From: Candidatus Delongbacteria bacterium
GTDB lineage: Bacteria > UBA4055
Assembly (NCBI GenBank): GCA_027858225.1
Contig: JAQIDB010000202.1
Span: 1 to 47,422, forward strand
Length of the DNA: 47,422 nucleotides
Direction: 5' to 3'
Shown: positions 46,223 to 47,422 of the stretch, piece by piece
Layout: every line of letters starts with the position of its first letter
How positions within the stretch are numbered: position 1 is the stretch's first letter
Position numbers and translations under genes: made by a program
Notes under the pieces: generated by a model
What the model was told of the DNA's origin: nothing
The model's database searches: none
What the model saw: the letters and a program-made list of their open reading frames with translations, nothing else

Positions 46223-47226
46223 AATTCTTTAAAAGCTTCTATAACAACATCAATATCGTCTCTTGAAATATCGAGGTGTGTGACAAGACGAATACTTCCA
46301 TATCCACCTATGAGAATACCTTTACTCTTCATAAACTCTTGAAGCTCTACAAATCTTTTCTCATCAGCATCAATAAACATCATATTAGTCTGAACTTCTG
46401 AGATCTTTCCCTGTAATTCAGGAATAGTATTCAATCCATCAGAGAGTATCTTTGCATTTTCATGATCTATTGCTAACCTTTGAACATTGTTCTCAAGAGC
46501 ATAAATTCCAGCCTCTGCAAGAAGACCTGCCTGTCTCATACCACCACCAAGCATCTTTCTCCAACGGCGTGCTTTTAGAATCAACTCTTTACTTCCACAT
46601 AGCAATGAACCTATTGGTGCTCCAAGTCCTTTAGAAAGACAGATAGAGATTGAATCAAAGTATTTAGTAATCTCTTTGATATCTACATTCAACTTTACAG
46701 CAGCATTGAAAACTCTGGCCCCATCTAAGTGAAAACTAAGATTATGTTTATCAACGAATTCTCTAGATGCTTTGATATATTCTAAAGGTAAAACTTTACC
46801 GTTATTTGTATTCTCAAGAGAGAATAATTTTGTCTTTGCAAAATGATAATCATCCGGCTTAATCTTAGCTTCTGCTTTCTTCAGATCAATAGTTCCATCT
46901 TCCTCAAATTCTATAGGTTGAGGTTGGATTGATCCAAGGACTGCGGAACCACCACCTTCATGAATATAAGTATGTGCTTCCTGACCAACTATATATTCCT
47001 CTCCCCTTTCACAGTGGGATAGCAAAGCAATAAGGTTCGTTTGAGTTCCACTTGATGCAAAGATAGCATCCTCCGTTCCAAGCATTTCAGCAGCAAATTT
47101 TTCAAGCTTGTTTACAGTTGGATCCTCTCCATAGACATCATCACCAACTTCTGCTTCGAACATTAATTTTTTCATCTCAGGAGATGGTTTTGTAACTGTA
47201 TCACTTCTTAAATCTATAATTTTCAT
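46207..47226 (-). CDS. ltaE: Low-specificity L-threonine aldolase
   Basis: The N-terminus is DLRSDTVTKPSPEM...GDDVYGEDPTVN. The PLP-Lys region is CLSKGLGAPIGS. It overlaps the NUDIX 3' end by 16 nt (convergent). Confidence 0.88.
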   Translation of the reverse strand: MKIIDLRSDTVTKPSPEMKKLMFEAEVGDDVYGEDPTVNKLEKFAAEMLGTEDAIFASSGTQTNLIALLSHCERGEEYIVGQEAHTYIHEGGGSAVLGSIQPQPIEFEEDGTIDLKKAEAKIKPDDYHFAKTKLFSLENTNNGKVLPLEYIKASREFVDKHNLSFHLDGARVFNAAVKLNVDIKEITKYFDSISICLSKGLGAPIGSLLCGSKELILKARRWRKMLGGGMRQAGLLAEAGIYALENNVQRLAIDHENAKILSDGLNTIPELQGKISEVQTNMMFIDADEKRFVELQEFMKSKGILIGGYGSIRLVTHLDISRDDIDVVIEAFKEFYFSK

Positions 47227-47238
47227 TTTTTTACCTTA

Positions 47239-47275
47239 TGTCATTGCGAGGATTTTATAAAATCCGTGGCAATCT
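47239..47275 (-). repeat. Family-2 palindromic element (reverse complement of the 36142-type)
   Basis: The sequence is tgtcattgcga-GGATTTTataAAATCC-gtggcaatct. Confidence 0.8.
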
Positions 47276-47422
47276 TTTTTTTAATGCGATGTGGGAAGGC
47301 GTTGGCAGACTGTGTCATAATTAACAGAATAAATTCTTGCAAAAAGTGTAAAAGATTAATATTTTCTTAGGTATATAGTTAACCTCAAAATCATATATCA
47401 CATTAGGACATAAAATGACAAT

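Noticed and set aside
1-47422. Genome-wide reassignment of TGA (code 4 or 25) as an explanation for the in-frame TGAs
   Set aside because: Very long ORFs (1090, 1020, 814 and 761 aa) contain no TGA at all. The only two in-frame TGAs align to the Cys position of C-x-x-C redox motifs and are followed by hairpins. selA is also present. Sec decoding fits better.
1-47422. CRISPR array among the many short palindromic repeats
   Set aside because: The repeats belong to several unrelated families. They are not regularly spaced with unique spacers and never occur in more than two or three adjacent copies.

Overview
This is a visibly AT-rich bacterial chromosomal window with about 40 protein genes and no rRNA, tRNA or CRISPR that I could find. 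The lineage is probably an uncultivated anaerobe of the FCB-type, judging from a type-A T9SS C-terminal sorting domain, a gingipain-like C25 peptidase and selenocysteine machinery; this is inference only.

Gene blocks, left to right:
1. 1-2620: a secreted esterase bracketed by two attC-like imperfect palindromes, followed by an ORF-free hairpin-rich spacer.
2. 2660-8579, minus strand: a redox and selenium block of trxB, an atypical thioredoxin, prmC, selA and three paralogous ferritin-like genes.
3. 8620-10188: a signal-peptide plus T9SS-CTD protein. Its N-terminal redoxin domain carries an in-frame UGA in a C-x-x-U motif with a SECIS-like hairpin just downstream. The ORF track splits it in two.
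4. 10177-21000: M20 peptidase, MFS transporter, C25 peptidase, acpP-fabF-rnc and a large lipoprotein.
5. 21064-23735: DUF554-like, DUF2164-like, beta-propeller lipoprotein and GNAT genes.
6. 23822-28137 together with 32186-44799: a mannoside or N-glycan-type utilisation locus. It contains a CBM9-like protein, a TIM-barrel GH-like protein, a PfkB kinase, GH130, an ABC ATPase, a binding-protein/permease fusion, a permease with a giant extracytoplasmic insert, fba and a GH38 alpha-mannosidase. Accessory DNA interrupts it twice. One interruption is a SEFIR/TIR-like gene with a lipoprotein and an MFS transporter (28223-31883). The other is a REP-bounded island carrying a RAYT-type Y1 transposase and a possible HEPN-like zinc-ribbon protein (38485-40364).
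7. 44844-45371: a second UGA-split selenoprotein candidate, AhpD/CMD-like with C-L-Y-U.
8. 45689-47226: NUDIX hydrolase and threonine aldolase.

The intergenic regions are populated by several families of short palindromic repeats.

The most interesting items are the exported C-x-x-U selenoprotein, the selA and ferritin-like operon, the REP/RAYT island with its cargo gene, the SEFIR-like single-gene defence candidate, and the attC-like cassette structure at the left edge.

All family assignments come from motif reading by eye. No database search was possible.
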